DNA of 64,000 nucleotides from NCBI RefSeq assembly GCF_008831285.2, contig NC_045138.2:35216001-35280000 (forward strand), written 5' to 3'. The notes beneath the pieces are model-generated. The model worked only from the letters and a program-made list of their open reading frames with translations, searched no databases and was not told the DNA's origin. A program made the translations under genes and the position numbers. The DNA is from Nymphaea colorata. Lineage: Eukaryota. Below are positions 49,301 to 59,867 of this stretch, piece by piece (the first letter of the stretch is position 1; the number at the start of each line of letters is the position of its first letter).

Positions 49301-52098
49301 TTTTCAAAATGCTTGTACTCATCATAATGTCAACAATTTAAGAACAATTTACATATATTCAGTATAACATTGTCACAGAAAACACATATTAATAAAAAAA
49401 AAAAGAAAACATGTCAAATACGCAAAAAAAGTCAGCCGAATTGAACGGCAATTTGACGTATCTTTTTAAAAAAAAACGCCAGAAAATAAAAAATGCAAAA
49501 AAGATGTGTATTATAGGTGTTTCTTTTGTGTTTTTTAAACTACCGCCAACTTTTATTTTTTAAGCATCAGGTCTGTTTTTTAAACAATGGCACTGCATGC
49601 AATATTGAAGAAAAGTTGATTCTTTTTAAACTTGACCAGGCAAAAAGGTACTTTTAGGTAGGAAAAAGGGATTAGGTTAAAATAAAAAACCGTTCCGGTG
49701 AAAAGAGGTTAGGTTAATATGCATTGAAGCTTTGAGTTTGAACTTTGAAGTTGAGAGGAGAATTGCCGGACGGATGAACGCTGAAAGGGGTCGACCATGG
49801 CGGCTGACCGTGAGAAGTTGAAGCTTGCAAGCTGCGAGTATCAATGAGAGTCGCCAAACTCAATGTAAGTTGTCATCGAACATAAGCTAGGTTGAACCAT
49901 TGAAGACTTGAAGTCTGCAAGCAGCCACAGCTACAGGGCTATAAACTTTTGTTAGTTATGTATTTGCCAAACCGTTAGTTTTCATTTTCTAATTTTAATT
50001 TGTTGCTTATCTAGTCATTTTACAATTTTTTTTTAATTTCTCATTTATTTTATTTTTATATAATTTTCAGGATTTTTTTTAAATGTTTTAAAATTTGCCG
50101 AGATTTTCTGAACATATACAACTTTGTTGTATTATACTCAAGAAATTCCCCTATAATACCAGTACACGATATATAACAATGATTCATAACGCTCAACAAT
50201 AATCAAATAAAAAACAATGCATATTAATTTGCTGATAGTAGTACTATAGCCCAGGAAAGAATTAGGCCACCAGACTGCCTAAGAAGTCAGTGCATAACCC
50301 GGTTCACCTTGAATTTTGATTAAAAACGTTTCAATAGAAGGGCTTATCTCAAGTAGCCTCAAAAGAATTCGACCTAGAACTGATACTTCCAAGTTCTACC
50401 TTTCACCTTAAAGTAAATTTCATATTCCCCTATACATAGTACAAAATGAATTCTATCTTTCTCTTAATAATAAGTAACATTTGTTATTTTCCCACACACA
50501 GTACAAAATGAACCATTTTCACAAATGAATACAATACAAACACAAGAACTGAAATTTTCAGGAATTAGTCTCAAATTGAACTCCAAATATTAAGTGAATC
50601 CAAGCACCCCTTTTAAGCTCATGAGCCTGCTATCATGCTTATCAAGCTTATGGCCAATTTATCCATTCACTTATGTGTGCGTAAACTTCAGCCACATAGA
50701 ACAAACACATAATGATGGTCATAAGTAGTGATAAATTATCCTAAAGATGCAATTCAGTCACTTGTAAGTGAAAACAATATCAATGATTCCCAAACCTGTT
50801 AAACTAGATACTGATTTTTTAACATTCTAGAGAAAACACTAAAACATCTCAAAATAGAGGAGATGTTGGTAAGGGAGAGAACAGACAGTGGTTGAAACTT
50901 AACCAGGGGTACAAAACAACAAAAAAGTGAGAAAAAGTAACCAGAAACAAGCATCCAAGCCGAAAAATGATTATACAGGCCAAGTTAAAAAGAAGAAAAA
51001 CCTTTTTTACAAGGGAATCCGTGGAGAAAAACTGAAGTTCTCCACCCCAGCATGCAGCAAGTATGGAAGAATCGAGAGAGAGTTGCAGAAACGGTATCCC
51101 AGCAAGTGAAATATCAACAATGCTCAAGTCTTGAATTGAGGAAAACTTATTTGATTCCTTCATGTCCTTTGCTAATGACAACACATCTTTGGTGTTTGCC
51201 ATGAAAAACCCTTCAACAAAAGATAAATAAACATTAAACAAATACGTAAATAAGATTGTTCCCAACTTCAAGAGCATAACCAACAAAATTAACTGCGTAA
51301 GTACATCCAGGTCTACCAAAACTCAGCTTGCATATTTTCACGTCATGCACATAGATCAAGACATTGTACGTTTTTTCAGAAACCATAGCACGTCATAGAA
51401 CAGATAATGGGATTAAATCACATTACACGGTGAAGGATGACAAAGTTTCTTGCGTCATTCCTCTGAGTAAACGTACGTCTTCTAGACTCTTCGTGTCATT
51501 GGACACGCCATGGGATTAAACCACGTTATATGTTTCTTACAACAATTGGCGATGGACTAAGACAGATTGGGCGTGATATTAACAAATGCAATAAGAAAAT
51601 CGGCAGAATACTTTGCCAATTCTTATTCAATGTGGCTTTAATTTGATGGAGTAAGTTCGAGACCATTTAAGATGGAGAAATAATAATGATAATAATAATA
51701 ACAATAATAACTACAACAACAACAAGAACAAGAACAAGATGCAGCAGCAGCAGCAACAACAACAATAAAGTTCGGCTGCTACAAACTTATAGAAACTTCT
51801 TGGCGGTCGGCGTCCTAACCGAGCGGATTGAGTTAGTGGTCTCAAGAGCGAATATAAATGGAAAGAAAAAGCAAGGTCGTGACTGACCTCTATGATGTGC
51901 CACGAACATCAGACCTAGCCGTTCAGAAATAGCCAATCCCTGAGCAGGAGGGTCGTCTTCGTCGAATGCTGCCTTTGAACGCAGTAACGGTACAGGCATT
52001 CCGATCGTCCGTACCATGTAATCATCTGACAGTTCTCTAACGCCTTCTTTTTCTTCCAACTCAACGAGCTTTCCGCTTCCCCCTTTAGCTACCGCCAT
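9727..52098 (-). CDS. NUP214: Nuclear pore complex protein NUP214 (about 1751 aa, 18 exons)
   Basis: Exons 51888-52098, 51002-51210, 48316-48484, 45907-46050, 40337-40461, 38911-39020, 24045-24184, 23526-23688, 23107-23350, 22376-23026, 20771-20923, 19266-19323, 17511-17644, 17305-17426, 14496-14838, 13107-13323, 11052-13010 and 9727-9830. All are GT-AG and phase-consistent (5256 nt). N-terminal propeller-like region (VDSIKWVR, ANRKSIDDHIV), coiled coil (QLVELERHFN), RRRRDSVD, S/T-rich linker, QEDEMEEE, FG/GGF repeats, ending ..DRFTQIRK*. Confidence 0.93.
10246..10433. mobile_element. hAT-type MITE in the last NUP214 intron
   Basis: Imperfect TIRs CAGTAGTGGAGCTA / TAACTCTGCCACTG; 8-bp flanks ACTGATAC / ACTGACAC (7/8). 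Confidence 0.75.
10490..10532. repeat. Compound (TA)n(GA)n microsatellite
   Basis: Directly visible dinucleotide runs. Confidence 0.95.
11055..11215 (-). repeat. Coding tandem repeat encoding NUP214 GGF[AS]xAA FG-type repeats (~30-nt unit)
   Basis: GGGFAGAATS-GGFSAAASG-GGGFAGAATG-GGFAAAASA-GGGFAGAGAS in the large NUP214 exon. Confidence 0.85.
15206..15884 (+). mobile_element. 3' remnant of a hAT transposon (dimerisation domain plus right TIR)
   Basis: RLLVEPATSSCSKRN*STYSHIHNITKNKFTSKCA*DLAYVHSNHQLLSR matches the hAT C-terminal dimerisation motif (SSSxxERNWS...DLVxVHxNLRL). A GT-AG intron and an acidic tail follow, and the element ends in TGTGACTTAG at 15884. Confidence 0.8.
15757..15802. 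repeat. (TA)n microsatellite
   Basis: Directly visible run. Confidence 0.95.
16651..17064. mobile_element. hAT MITE (CTAWGTCACA-TIR family)
   Basis: CTAAGTCACA...TGTGACATAG, perfect flanking 8-mer CATATATA, subterminal CCCGTA/CCCGCA repeats. Confidence 0.85.
22008..22197 (+). mobile_element. TRIM solo LTR (190 bp)
   Basis: TGTAACA...TGTTACA with perfect 5-bp TSD GGATA; similar to the LTRs of the TRIM at about 3590-3810. Confidence 0.88.
24838..25410. mobile_element. hAT MITE (CTAWGTCACA-TIR family)
   Basis: CATTGTCACA...TGTGACATAG; flanks CTACAATG / CTACAAAG (7/8); contains a (TA)n(TG)n run at about 25272-25325. Confidence 0.75.
26530..31626 (+). mobile_element. Full-length but decayed Ty1/Copia LTR retrotransposon
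   Basis: 253-bp LTRs at 26530-26782 and 31374-31626 (TG..CA, 11 mismatches by eye), TSD GACAT, PBS TGGTATCAGAGCC at 26783-26795. Domains: gag, CTHCKKTGHTVDYC knuckle, protease WIVDSGATHH, integrase SDVWGP/RSDNA/AERKNR, RT YVDD, RNase H SDADWAG/SAEAEYR. Confidence 0.98.
27079..31379 (+). pseudogene. Copia gag-pol polyprotein with several stops and frameshifts
   Basis: Broken into ORF pieces 27016-27588, 27795-28280, 28293-29609, 29276-29857 and 29961-31379, in Copia domain order (PR-INT-RT-RH). Confidence 0.93.
33499..38703 (-). mobile_element. Intact, very young Ty1/Copia LTR retrotransposon (short LTRs, single ORF, Ale/Hopscotch-like)
   Basis: 307-bp LTRs at 33499-33805 and 38397-38703 with no mismatch found by eye, TSD GTACA, PBS TGGTATCAGAGCC at 38384-38396 (minus), and PPT ..TTGAGGGGGGC next to the 3' LTR. 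Confidence 0.98.
33800..38104 (-). CDS. Copia gag-pol polyprotein, 1434 aa, uninterrupted
   Basis: gag (KLNHSNYLTWK), CFYCNKKGHVKSEC, protease WYVDSGAAAH, HHCC, integrase D-D-E (YSDVWG/QCDGGGEF/AERKHRH), RT YVDD, RNase H YTDADWAG. The stop lies just inside the 3' LTR. Confidence 0.96.
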   Translation of the reverse strand: MDQPAPSLLSSSFLSQLISQKLNHSNYLTWKRQIVPFIKSHRLYGHIDGTTPAPPKYVNREIKKTVVGDKGVGASAGSEISFEYETLPESNPEYEVWLAHDQSLVAYITSTLSEEVLGGIDDDLTALELWSTLATTYSQVSEARFLQLRRQFQDIKRGTHTVLEYLNEIKSVSDQLAAIGHPVSDKDKVQQALSGLGTEFDIFCTALEDLPVLPSFEDLKAKLFQHEASRVQRHNLVPSNSHNVLITGTHALQGNRTRSWTPQTGMGRGILPTPPGMNTTSATSRRIPTCFYCNKKGHVKSECWHNPQNKNSQVRRENRTVAGSAPSSSGSNPTSKVSADVQQLLMTALSKLNLKQNEQGEWYVDSGAAAHVTGDTGNLSSVSPYLDQGSVVTGDGSHHTISHIGNAQISMGSSSIPLKNVLVVPSVKKNIISVSKLIDDTHSSVEFTPSSVYVKDAQTKKTFAEGTRKGDMYVLEEAPKLSKPHPPDSCSSSHNEVNVAEYNKPSIWHGRLAHCSQSFVRSLVADGLLDKSSLSSVSESSMCSSCHLCKSHALPFQSINKRASRIFDTIYSDVWGPAPIPSSSGSRYYVIFIDSYSRHTWIHFMKHKSEVFRLFTQFHALVRNKYFSNIVHFQCDGGGEFISNEFTEYLLDNWITRQISCSHTPQQNEIAERKHRHIVESALSMMHDTDLPMTLWTEAFHTAVHVINRLPLALLDGKSPYFLLHQEQPRYEELRVFGCVCYVHVDVSLRNKFQDRAILCRFVGYAENYKGYRCYNPKTGRVHISRHVVFDENRLQDPKATCMTLKDKNEIYDTWLHAEILRQGTDRLIEHEEQDVNEAETLVRDSLDSMPSSSQPHDSPIHSRFSGLVYSRRSAPNAAPRQSQRVRHPIDRWVSYNNFSLDFQLFMTEVSKKVEPKSYHHASKEKCWVEAMNEEMAALHECQTWQIVSRPTDKNVVGSKWVYKLKYKPDGSIDRHKARLVARGFTQQYGEDYDETFSPVIKMGTIRVIISLAVSYGWPLYQLDVKNAFLHGILKEEVYMEQPPGYNTHDPQKWVCKLHKSLYGLKQASRSWFDRFSHHIQQAGFLRSSLDHSLFMYHTEEATTWLLIYVDDIVITGNSSSHISYVKDLLQQEFKMKDLGELRYFLGVELDRANDRLTLTQHKYTLDILDRAGMINCKPITTPSVLNTKLAASDGTAAYSNPTFYRSIVGMLQYLTFTRPDIVYAVNQISQFMHAPTEGHMDATKQILRYLKATLGDGLIYTKCPNVSLGHSIYTYTDADWAGDPDDRRSVSGFCLFLDSNLICWSSKKQRAVARSSTEAEYRAMAAGTAEASWLRHLLGELHLPIVQSSLLCDNQSAIKIAFNPILHNRTKHIEIDQHFIRQKVEEAEILPTYISTSEQIADLFTKGLTGQHFWDLKNKLCMIKSHAQLEGGC
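39162..39575. mobile_element. hAT MITE (CTAWGTCACA-TIR family), 414 bp
   Basis: CTATGTCACACGG...CCGTGTGACATAG (13-bp perfect TIR); perfect 8-bp TSD CATCTAAA. Confidence 0.93.
41250..45260 (+). mobile_element. Decayed Ty3/Gypsy chromovirus (Reina-like) integrase-chromodomain remnant, split by a solo LTR
   Basis: Fragments QPLTIPFQIWEDISVNF, PDPIFMSQFWK and LETYVHCFADKEHNWTKHLPW lie before 41974. PVAYKLLLPEG..HVFHISRLK and ..FHLEGKVFLQ lie after 44915. Confidence 0.75.
41974..44915 (+). mobile_element. 2.9-kb solo LTR (Gypsy-type)
   Basis: TGTAAC...GGGGTGTGACA with perfect 5-bp TSD ATGGG, no PBS and no coding domains; internal (GACGGY)n and CT-rich tracts. Confidence 0.9.
51680..51768. repeat. 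Compound microsatellite (AAT)n-(AAC)n-(AAGAAC)n-(CAG)n-(CAA)n in NUP214 intron 1
   Basis: Directly visible succession of repeat units. Confidence 0.9.
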
Positions 52099-52979
52099 AG
52101 TCGCCTCCGGTTAAAGTAAATCCCTCCACCCCCTCCTAAGGAGGAGGACGACAAGTGGGCAAGAAGAAGTAAGGGAACAAGGAAAAATGAAACCCTAGGA
52201 GAGGACCATGCCTGCGGCAGAAGGGAACCTTCTTGCTTCCTCCGTCCGGACTTTGGTGACGAAAATGGGCGGGAAGAGGAGCTCTTTCTCTGCGGTTGTT
52301 CTCAGGATAAACAAACCCGTCTCTCCCCCCAGGCAATTTGACGGGAACACCAAACTAACGTTTATTCTTTGTGAAAATTTTCCGCCGGATAGCGCGTCAT
52401 TCCCTCAACGGGTTTTATAGTCCTGGCAATGGCGGTTCCGTTCCGACGATCAAAGAGTCTTCAATACTATTCGGGCTGCATGGCTGTGAGACAGGCCTCC
52501 CTTTTGTGTCCGCTGCTTCGTCAAGAGGTAGAGCGCTTCCTGAAACAAACAAGTGACGCTCCAAATACTCGAGATCGAGTTCTTAGTGGAAACGAAGCAC
52601 TTGTCCCCCCAGTGCGCTACCTTACGAGACTCCTCAGTAAAAAGTTAACAACCTTGTGAAGTTTCTAACATGGGCCCCGTGTCGGGACGGATCAAATGAA
52701 ACAACGACCCGAGATTGCCGCAAGGAGAAAAAACGAAAAAGGCCTATGAAATTAAAATAACGTTGCCGCGTAACGGATTGTAACTTGGGTCGTGTGCGGT
52801 GCTTGCCCCTTCATTTTGCTACTGCAGTTGTTATCCGGGCGTTGAGCGGCGAGCCTTTGAGCACCCTCGCTCCGTCTCTCCTATCGACCAGGCCACACCA
52901 CTCGCTCCGGGGCCTTCTTCTTTGCGACGAATCTAGTTATTACGCCGGAGATCTTTTGTCCCGATCAGAGGTGAAGGAC
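52099..52979. promoter_or_regulatory. Head-to-head intergenic/5'UTR region shared by NUP214 and the CPBP gene
   Basis: 881 bp between divergent ATGs, CpG-rich; telo-box AAACCCTA at about 52190 and site II-like TGGGCC at 52671. Confidence 0.55.
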
Positions 52980-55900
52980 ATGTCTGTGGTGACCTCGGCC
53001 TTCTTTATCCTCTATCCGCTACGGTTGATGGAACCACCCAGAGCCATGGCTTATACCACATTCCGTCCAACATCCAACGCCTTGTTCCGAGCTAGCCCGA
53101 CGAAATCAAACAAGTGGATAGGCTACTGGCTTTCTGGCTCGGGGAATTTCATTTTCAGAGTTTCCTGTTCCAAGCCGAGGAATAACTCGTCGGATGAGGT
53201 ACTGAAATCTCCGGTTCCTGTTGTCTTTCTTTTTTTTATTTTTCTTTTTTTGGTTTGTCCCATTGTCACGAGAGCTCGTTTTAAACATAATCAGCACTTC
53301 TCCATGAAATCCTTTTCTCCTCCTTCTTGGGGAACAGTTATCTTTATTTAAGACATTGGCCTGGCATGGAAATTGTTCATCAATTATGCGTGGGTAAGTC
53401 AACTAATGAATGTGCAAACGACTGAAAAAGAGATGTGAACTAATCAATTAAATCCTACCGTTCTGTCAAACTACAGCCACATCTCAGTCCTGGCAAATGT
53501 GCACGGGGAAACTGGTTTAGTGAGACGTCGCTTGTTGTTAAGTTCGGATTAGATGGCTACCGATGTTTGGCATTAGGAATCAATTCCAACCCTAGAATTC
53601 TATCAAACTACGGCCACATGTCAGTCCTGGCAAATGTTTACCTCGCAGAAGCTGGTTTGATGAGACGTCGCCTTGTTGACATATAGATTTGGATTAGAAT
53701 GTGGCTAGCTTGCATGTTAAGGAAACCGGAATAGTTCAATTAGTGGTCATTCACTCATCTTCATTACTGGGTACTTTTCTTTTTTCTGAGAAGTTCATTT
53801 CCATATTCTCTTTCGGCGTGTTTCTCGTCTTCGTCATCAAATATTTATTGCATGAATTGTTGTATTTGCAGATCCATGGAATGAAAGACCTGCAGATTCT
53901 GAAATCATGGAATGTTCCATGGGACTGGCTGACTGTTGTGTGTATCATGTTGCCATACGTGCTGATGTAAGTTGTATGGTTTTCTTATTCTGCAATGGAT
54001 TAATCGCTTCTCGTATTAATTTATAGATGCATCTTCTTGGCCCGTTATTTGGTTTCCTCCACAAGCCAACTCGCTTCTTCTAGCCTGTTTGCTGGTCTCT
54101 CGCCATTCTCATACTTTCAGACAGGCAAATACGGTGTCTTCTAACTTCATCTTTGTTTTTTGACGAACCTGTATCTCATGCACCATCCTACTATTTAGTG
54201 TGTTTATACATTCTAACCCTCAACAGGATAAAAAGAAAGAAACATGAATACAAGGGTAGGCAAAAGTTGATTGGTGGCCACTAAATTCTCCGTCTAGCGG
54301 TAGATGATAAGCTTCGTAAGACTTAAGAATGACTTCCCTGGTTGGTGATGTAGACAGAACGTGGAGATTAGGGGTTTAAAGTTTAAGCAACGTTACCATA
54401 AGATGCATCTCGTTATGGTTTGCTCAAGAGGCTTTGGCCTTTTCTTGCTGGACTCTACTGTGGAACATGATATTGCGTGTGGTTCAGACGTTCCTTACCG
54501 GATCCTCGTTTATCCAGCATCTCAAGAAAGGTTCTTCACTTAATTTATTGTGGCCTGGCTTGGCACCCTGCCTACTCTTGCTGGATGATTCTCTAGAGTG
54601 TGTTGCTTCCAGTCCATACTGTTGTGGATGGTCATTCTTTTTGTATTAGTTTCACCTAGGGGACGGAAAGGAAGCCATATATTATGCATAAAATTGGAAT
54701 TAATTGGGAAAAGAAAATTTCATTTGAAGCTTGATTTTTGCTGATCTGGTACTATCCCCATGATTTTGCATGTGATATTTGTGTACCTTACAATGTTACA
54801 AATAGAATTGTTTAAATATGTACATATGATTGTCTGTAATTACATTGTTTCCTTAAATATGCATGAATGGGACTTGTTTGTCCAATAATCATGTAGCTTT
54901 AACAGAAAAAAGGTTAAAACCTATATTTTATAAATCTACAGACGAGTAAATGTTAAGCTTTCAACATGGTGTGAAGCTGTAGATATCTCACGGCAGGTCA
55001 TTCTGAGGACTGCTTTAGTTGACTAGTGCAACCTAGTATGCAGCTTCCAACTCTAAGCATATTCTGCCAGCATTTTCTTCACAGGAATTATGGAATCAGC
55101 TGGTCTAAGAGGGGATTTACAACTTTATTCTCAAAGGATGAACATAGTTCCAGAGAATGCAGATGAACTGGCAGCCAAGCTGTTCATAGATCAATTGTAT
55201 TTTCTCTTTCACATCCATATTGAAAATTTTTATCTTGGTCTTGTCTTAAGACTTATTAGTGTCTTTTGCCCATTGCAGACTGAAAACAGCTGTTAAACTT
55301 TCAATTATTTATGCATTTGTCAGGCCGTATCAGCCATTTCCTGATGATGTGTTTTCTTATAGTAAGTTTCTTTTGGTGATTGAAGCACAAGCTTATGATT
55401 CATCCTACTTTGGCAGAAGTTTGCAATAATTTATCGTTATGAAATCTAGTTCATTTATCTTGTTAATCTTGTTAATCTTGTGAATTTCAAGTAAATCTTT
55501 TTTGCATGTAAAGTACTTGGTACCAACATGTTGTTCTTGTTCATTGCTTTGACGTTGAAATCCAGTCCACTTTGTGTTGTATCACATGGGCATTGTGGGT
55601 CACTTGCTATACTGGAGGCAGATTTTTGATAGGTCCACAACAAGATAAGGCATTTCATCATGCATGATGCATGGCACTCCGGTTCTTTTGGCTTTATGAC
55701 TTTGAGCCTCCATTGTTATTGTTTTTTTACAGTCACTTTAATGTGTCTTACAGGATGGGAAAAGCCATTTGACCTGCAGCATGGTTGGGTTGTGTGGGGA
55801 AGTTTAGGTCTGTTAGTTGCAACAAGTACCATTTTCTTGATTAAGTTCTTCCTAAGCAGCGCAGGTCAGGTGCAAAATGAGGTCGGTTTATTTCTTTGTT

Positions 55901-57593
55901 CTCTGTGATGCTTTACTATTCCCTTGATTGGCTTTGGACCTTTTCCTGCACAGCCTATGTTGAAGGTGTGTGCTTCCAAGATGAATATGCTTCCAATCGG
56001 GGTTTCCTATACTCCTTGAGTTCATGTATATGATACTGCCATTATTCTCAACTTGGGCTGGTGGCAGACCTCTTGGTGGGCAGATGTGTTACTACTAAGA
56101 GCTTTATATTTGGTGTTGGTGCCTTCTGTCTTTATGACAAAGGGGAAAGACTGACAATACAATACATGTGCATGCCTATTTCTCAACATGTTCGGTTCAG
56201 TCATGAGATTACTATTTATACTAGTGATGCATATCTGTGGCTATTACGACTTATCAAGTACTATTTATAGGGTTTCATACTGATTGTTTTCTATGGATTT
56301 TACTGCTTGTTACTAATTAGAATTGCCATTGATTTGGTTTCAGGCTGATCCTTTATTGATGTTGTTGCCATTTATTGGTACATCAAATTTCAGGTGTTTA
56401 ACACTATATTCTATATACTTATCTGGAACCCATTTTAGTTCATATGATCAATGTTTTTTCTTTAGATGTCACATTTTGAAATTTGTCAGTAGCATTGTTT
56501 ATCAATTCTACCTTGCAGTACTGCTTGTGTACTTGGTACCGTTGGAGTTCTGGCACCAGTTTGTGAGGAAACATTATACAGAGGTTTTCTTATGGTGTCT
56601 TTAACAAAGTGGTGAGTCTTTCTAGTAATGATGGATTTTCTTTAGGTGACAGTTACAAAGCTCATAGCAGCAGACTGCATGATTAACTTTACCATACATT
56701 TTATGATAAAACTGTCAGGTTTCCTGTACCTCTGTCTGTGCTTCTCAGTGCATTTACTTTTGCTCTTGCACATCAATCCTCTGGAAAATTCCTTGAGATC
56801 TTTACTTTTGGTATGTCCTAAGAACATTTTTTAGTCTTATTTCTGACTTACAAAAATTTGTGTACGCATGATACGTTTCTTGCAGTCTGCATCAGTGTGT
56901 CAGTGACATTGCCGAAGGTTTATGGAAGGAACTCCTAGGTCCTACGAAGTATATTTCACTCTCATGTGTCCCTTTTTATCCTTTGCTTTATGGGTAGCCT
57001 GTGCGCATACCAGATCAGCTGTTTCTGCCATAAAATGTGCCAGGTAATAGAAGTAAGGACACCACTCTGGCTGAACGTAAGGACGCACCTTTGATGGCAA
57101 ACCATGATACTTGATTGAAGGCCATGTAGGAGACATTGACATCCTTTGTTAAAGGCAATGGCTAAATATAATTGGAGAAAGTCCTAAAACAAGCGAATTG
57201 CAAACCCCAACTGATTGATCAAAAGCTTAATATTGGTCTGCCGTGCATAGTTATATAGCAGGGATTTTTGTGATAACTAATTTCTTGTGCATCTGCACTT
57301 GGTTATGGTATATCCATTCATCACCAACTGCACATCTTATTTTTGTTGCACAACATGGCTATAGGTGTGGTCCTCGGACTTGTTTATGCTCAAACAAGAA
57401 ATCTCTTTTCTTCAATTGCAATACATGCATGCTGGAATTTTGGTGTCATCCTCTTGCTGAAACTCCTTCAAGTAAGCTGTTTATGGCGGTAGTTGCATTT
57501 GAAATTGTTTTTTGCTATTGCTGAATCTGAAACATATGTTAATTTTTGCAGTTGCAGGGATACAATATAGAAGAATACACTCTCACCATGTGA
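52980..57593 (+). CDS. CPBP (CAAX amino-terminal protease / Abi / Rce1-like) intramembrane protease, probable plastid transit peptide (about 344 aa, 10 exons)
   Basis: Exons 52980-53198, 53872-53966, 55071-55196, 55279-55361, 55754-55881, 56344-56393, 56519-56611, 56719-56810, 57365-57471 and 57552-57593 (1035 nt, phase-consistent). Motifs WNVPW, APVCEETLYRGFL (EExxxR), FALAH (FxxxH) and IHACWN (HxxxN). The start codon choice is less certain. Confidence 0.92.
53461..53700. repeat. Diverged tandem duplication (~100-bp homologous core, ~137-bp period) in CPBP intron 1
   Basis: TCAAACTACRGCCACATSTCAGTCCTGGCAAATGT...CTGGTTT..TGAGACGTCGC..TTGTTG occurs at about 53466 and 53603. Confidence 0.8.
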
Positions 57594-59867
57594 AGGCTTT
57601 GATTAATGAATGTTTTTGGGCTTTCATCAAGGGGAGATGAGTCATCCTCTTTGATCCAGTCTTTGTCAGGTAAGTTCCAGAATCGTGGAGTTCCTGATCA
57701 TATCTCCATCTGCAGTCTGTTGCGATGTCTCATTTTCAGATTAACCATCACAGATAGGTTATATTAGAATCTGTGCTTGAAGAGATACAAGTAGGCGTTA
57801 ATCATGGCATTTGGCCTTATCGACAGAAGAAAGATGGGTCAAGGCACACGAATCACACAACAGTGGGGATCTCAGTTCTGTATTGTACTTTGATGGTGAG
57901 CAATGTAATTCAGCCAAGTTGTTTAACAGTATTCTCTGTCTTGAATTTGTTGTTTATATCTTTAGTTCACAAAAAAGATTCAGGAAGGAAGCATTCTCTT
58001 TCCCTCTTTAAAGCAGAACCAACAGTTGTCAATCATCACGTTGACGACCGAGATGAGGTTGAACGGGATTCGCGTCGGATAAAAGCATTACTATTAGGCT
58101 TGCTTCTAATTACTTGACCTCTAGGACCGGTTCCGATTGCGAATCCATGTAAACAAAACGAGATGTTTTCTGAACGCAAATTTGGATTGATTTTCATGCG
58201 AGTTCATCGGAGGCACGACCGCAGGTTACGTATGCTAGCTACTATTTTATTGGATTTGGGTTGGAATGCAAACGTGGATTTTGTTAGTCCTGAACCCTTT
58301 ATCGGATGTCTCCGAAGAGACGGGTCCTGAACCCTTTGCCTTGGGTAAATTTCCTGAGGAAATGGCGTTGAACATCAGCCCTTCAAATGATCTGATTTTT
58401 GTTCCCGTTAGTTGCACCTACGTACTGCAGTTGGCACGCATTATCAGCGATTCAGCGGCCGGTTAAAGTTGGTCCGGGACAGGTCACCAGCGCGATGCCC
58501 GTAAACGTTACTGGCCCTTGTTTTCTTCTCCATGTCTCAGTCATCCTACACTTTGATTCGTCTAGGTCTCTATTGGCTAAAGTTGTCTACTTATATAAAG
58601 TGATTGAACTGCGACAGGTTCACGAGCACACCAGTGGACGAGCATCAGTTAGAGGGCCCAACGATGTGAGGGCTTCCTCTGCTTGTCCTTCCTCGGGGCA
58701 GCAGCATGCAGAATGAAAAAGGTAATGCCAATAACTACCTAATAATAGTAAGTCACAATTAAGCTGTGCCGCCCGGTCTATTCGGCTCGGCAAACCTATT
58801 ATGAAGCCAACGAAGGTTTAAGCAGCAGTAGTTCCAAGAGTTCCACTTCTCTTTTCACTTGCTATCTGAATTGCGGCAAAACCAGCAAGAGCTTGGTGTT
58901 TCCCTTTGGGCCTTTGGACAAATCCGCTCAACCTCTGTTAGTGAGCACAGCACAGTCGATGGATGAGGAACCCTTTTTGAATGATGACAGTAGTGGAGCT
59001 ACCATGGGCCTGGTGTGGGCAACTGCCTACCTCAGTCTGGGAAACCTTCTTAAAAATTTTATCTATCATGTGTTAGACTCAAGCCTAACCCTACGGGGAT
59101 GCCCACGCCTGACATTAGCTCTCCACTCAAGTGGCCCAGGGCATGTCACTGTTGTTATGCCACTTTTGCAGGGAAAGCACGGCCTACGTACGTTTATCAA
59201 AAAATTTCTCTTAAAGGGTAGGCTGCAACTACCTAAATCCGCTGCTTACAGCCAGTGGGTCGCGCAAGGCATGCTTGGAAAGGCATGCATACACCTTGCT
59301 TCTTGAGTTCCCTTTGCAGGTGAGCTTGTGTTGTCTTGTCTCCTCTTTTACATTCCCGTTGGTGTGATTGGTGGTTGGTGAACATCGATTCTCCTCCACC
59401 GTTTTCAATGGTGTCGGAGGATGAAGTAATTATTTGAAGGAAGTCAATCATGTGAGAAACATTGTGAACTGGCGAAAATATTGAAAACCTGCAGATACTG
59501 GGAAGGTGAGAGGTTGACGGTTTGGCGCTGTTGTTACAGTGGTGAAAAGCTTTTCATTCTGAAGCTTCCCGTTTCTCGCCAGTTGCCGCCGTTGATAGTG
59601 CGCGGTTAGCCAATCTTAGCTCAGAAAAGCACCCGGTTGAGTTAGCATTTTGCTCCGACCAATAGATGCACAACTAGTCAATATACATAGCACCTCGTTT
59701 TAGCGGGCAGATCTTTTGATCAGGCCGGGACACAAACTTTTTGTTCGGGTTTGCGGAGAAGAATTAAAATTCATTGAGAATGTTGCCGGCCGGCCAATTA
59801 TGTCTGGCCCGGCCAAGCTAGTAGAAGGATATGCTACTTGGCTAGCTTAGGCACAGCTCGGAAAGCA

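Noticed and set aside
49320..50190. Possible hAT-type element with CATTG/CAATG ends
   Set aside because: No matching 8-bp TSD could be paired with any candidate end.
51360..51560. Possible intronic snoRNA in NUP214 intron 1
   Set aside because: No properly spaced C/D or H/ACA boxes with a terminal stem on the transcribed strand.
52785..52979. N-terminal extension of the CPBP ORF from 52785
   Set aside because: Non-ATG start; the first in-frame ATG is at 52980.
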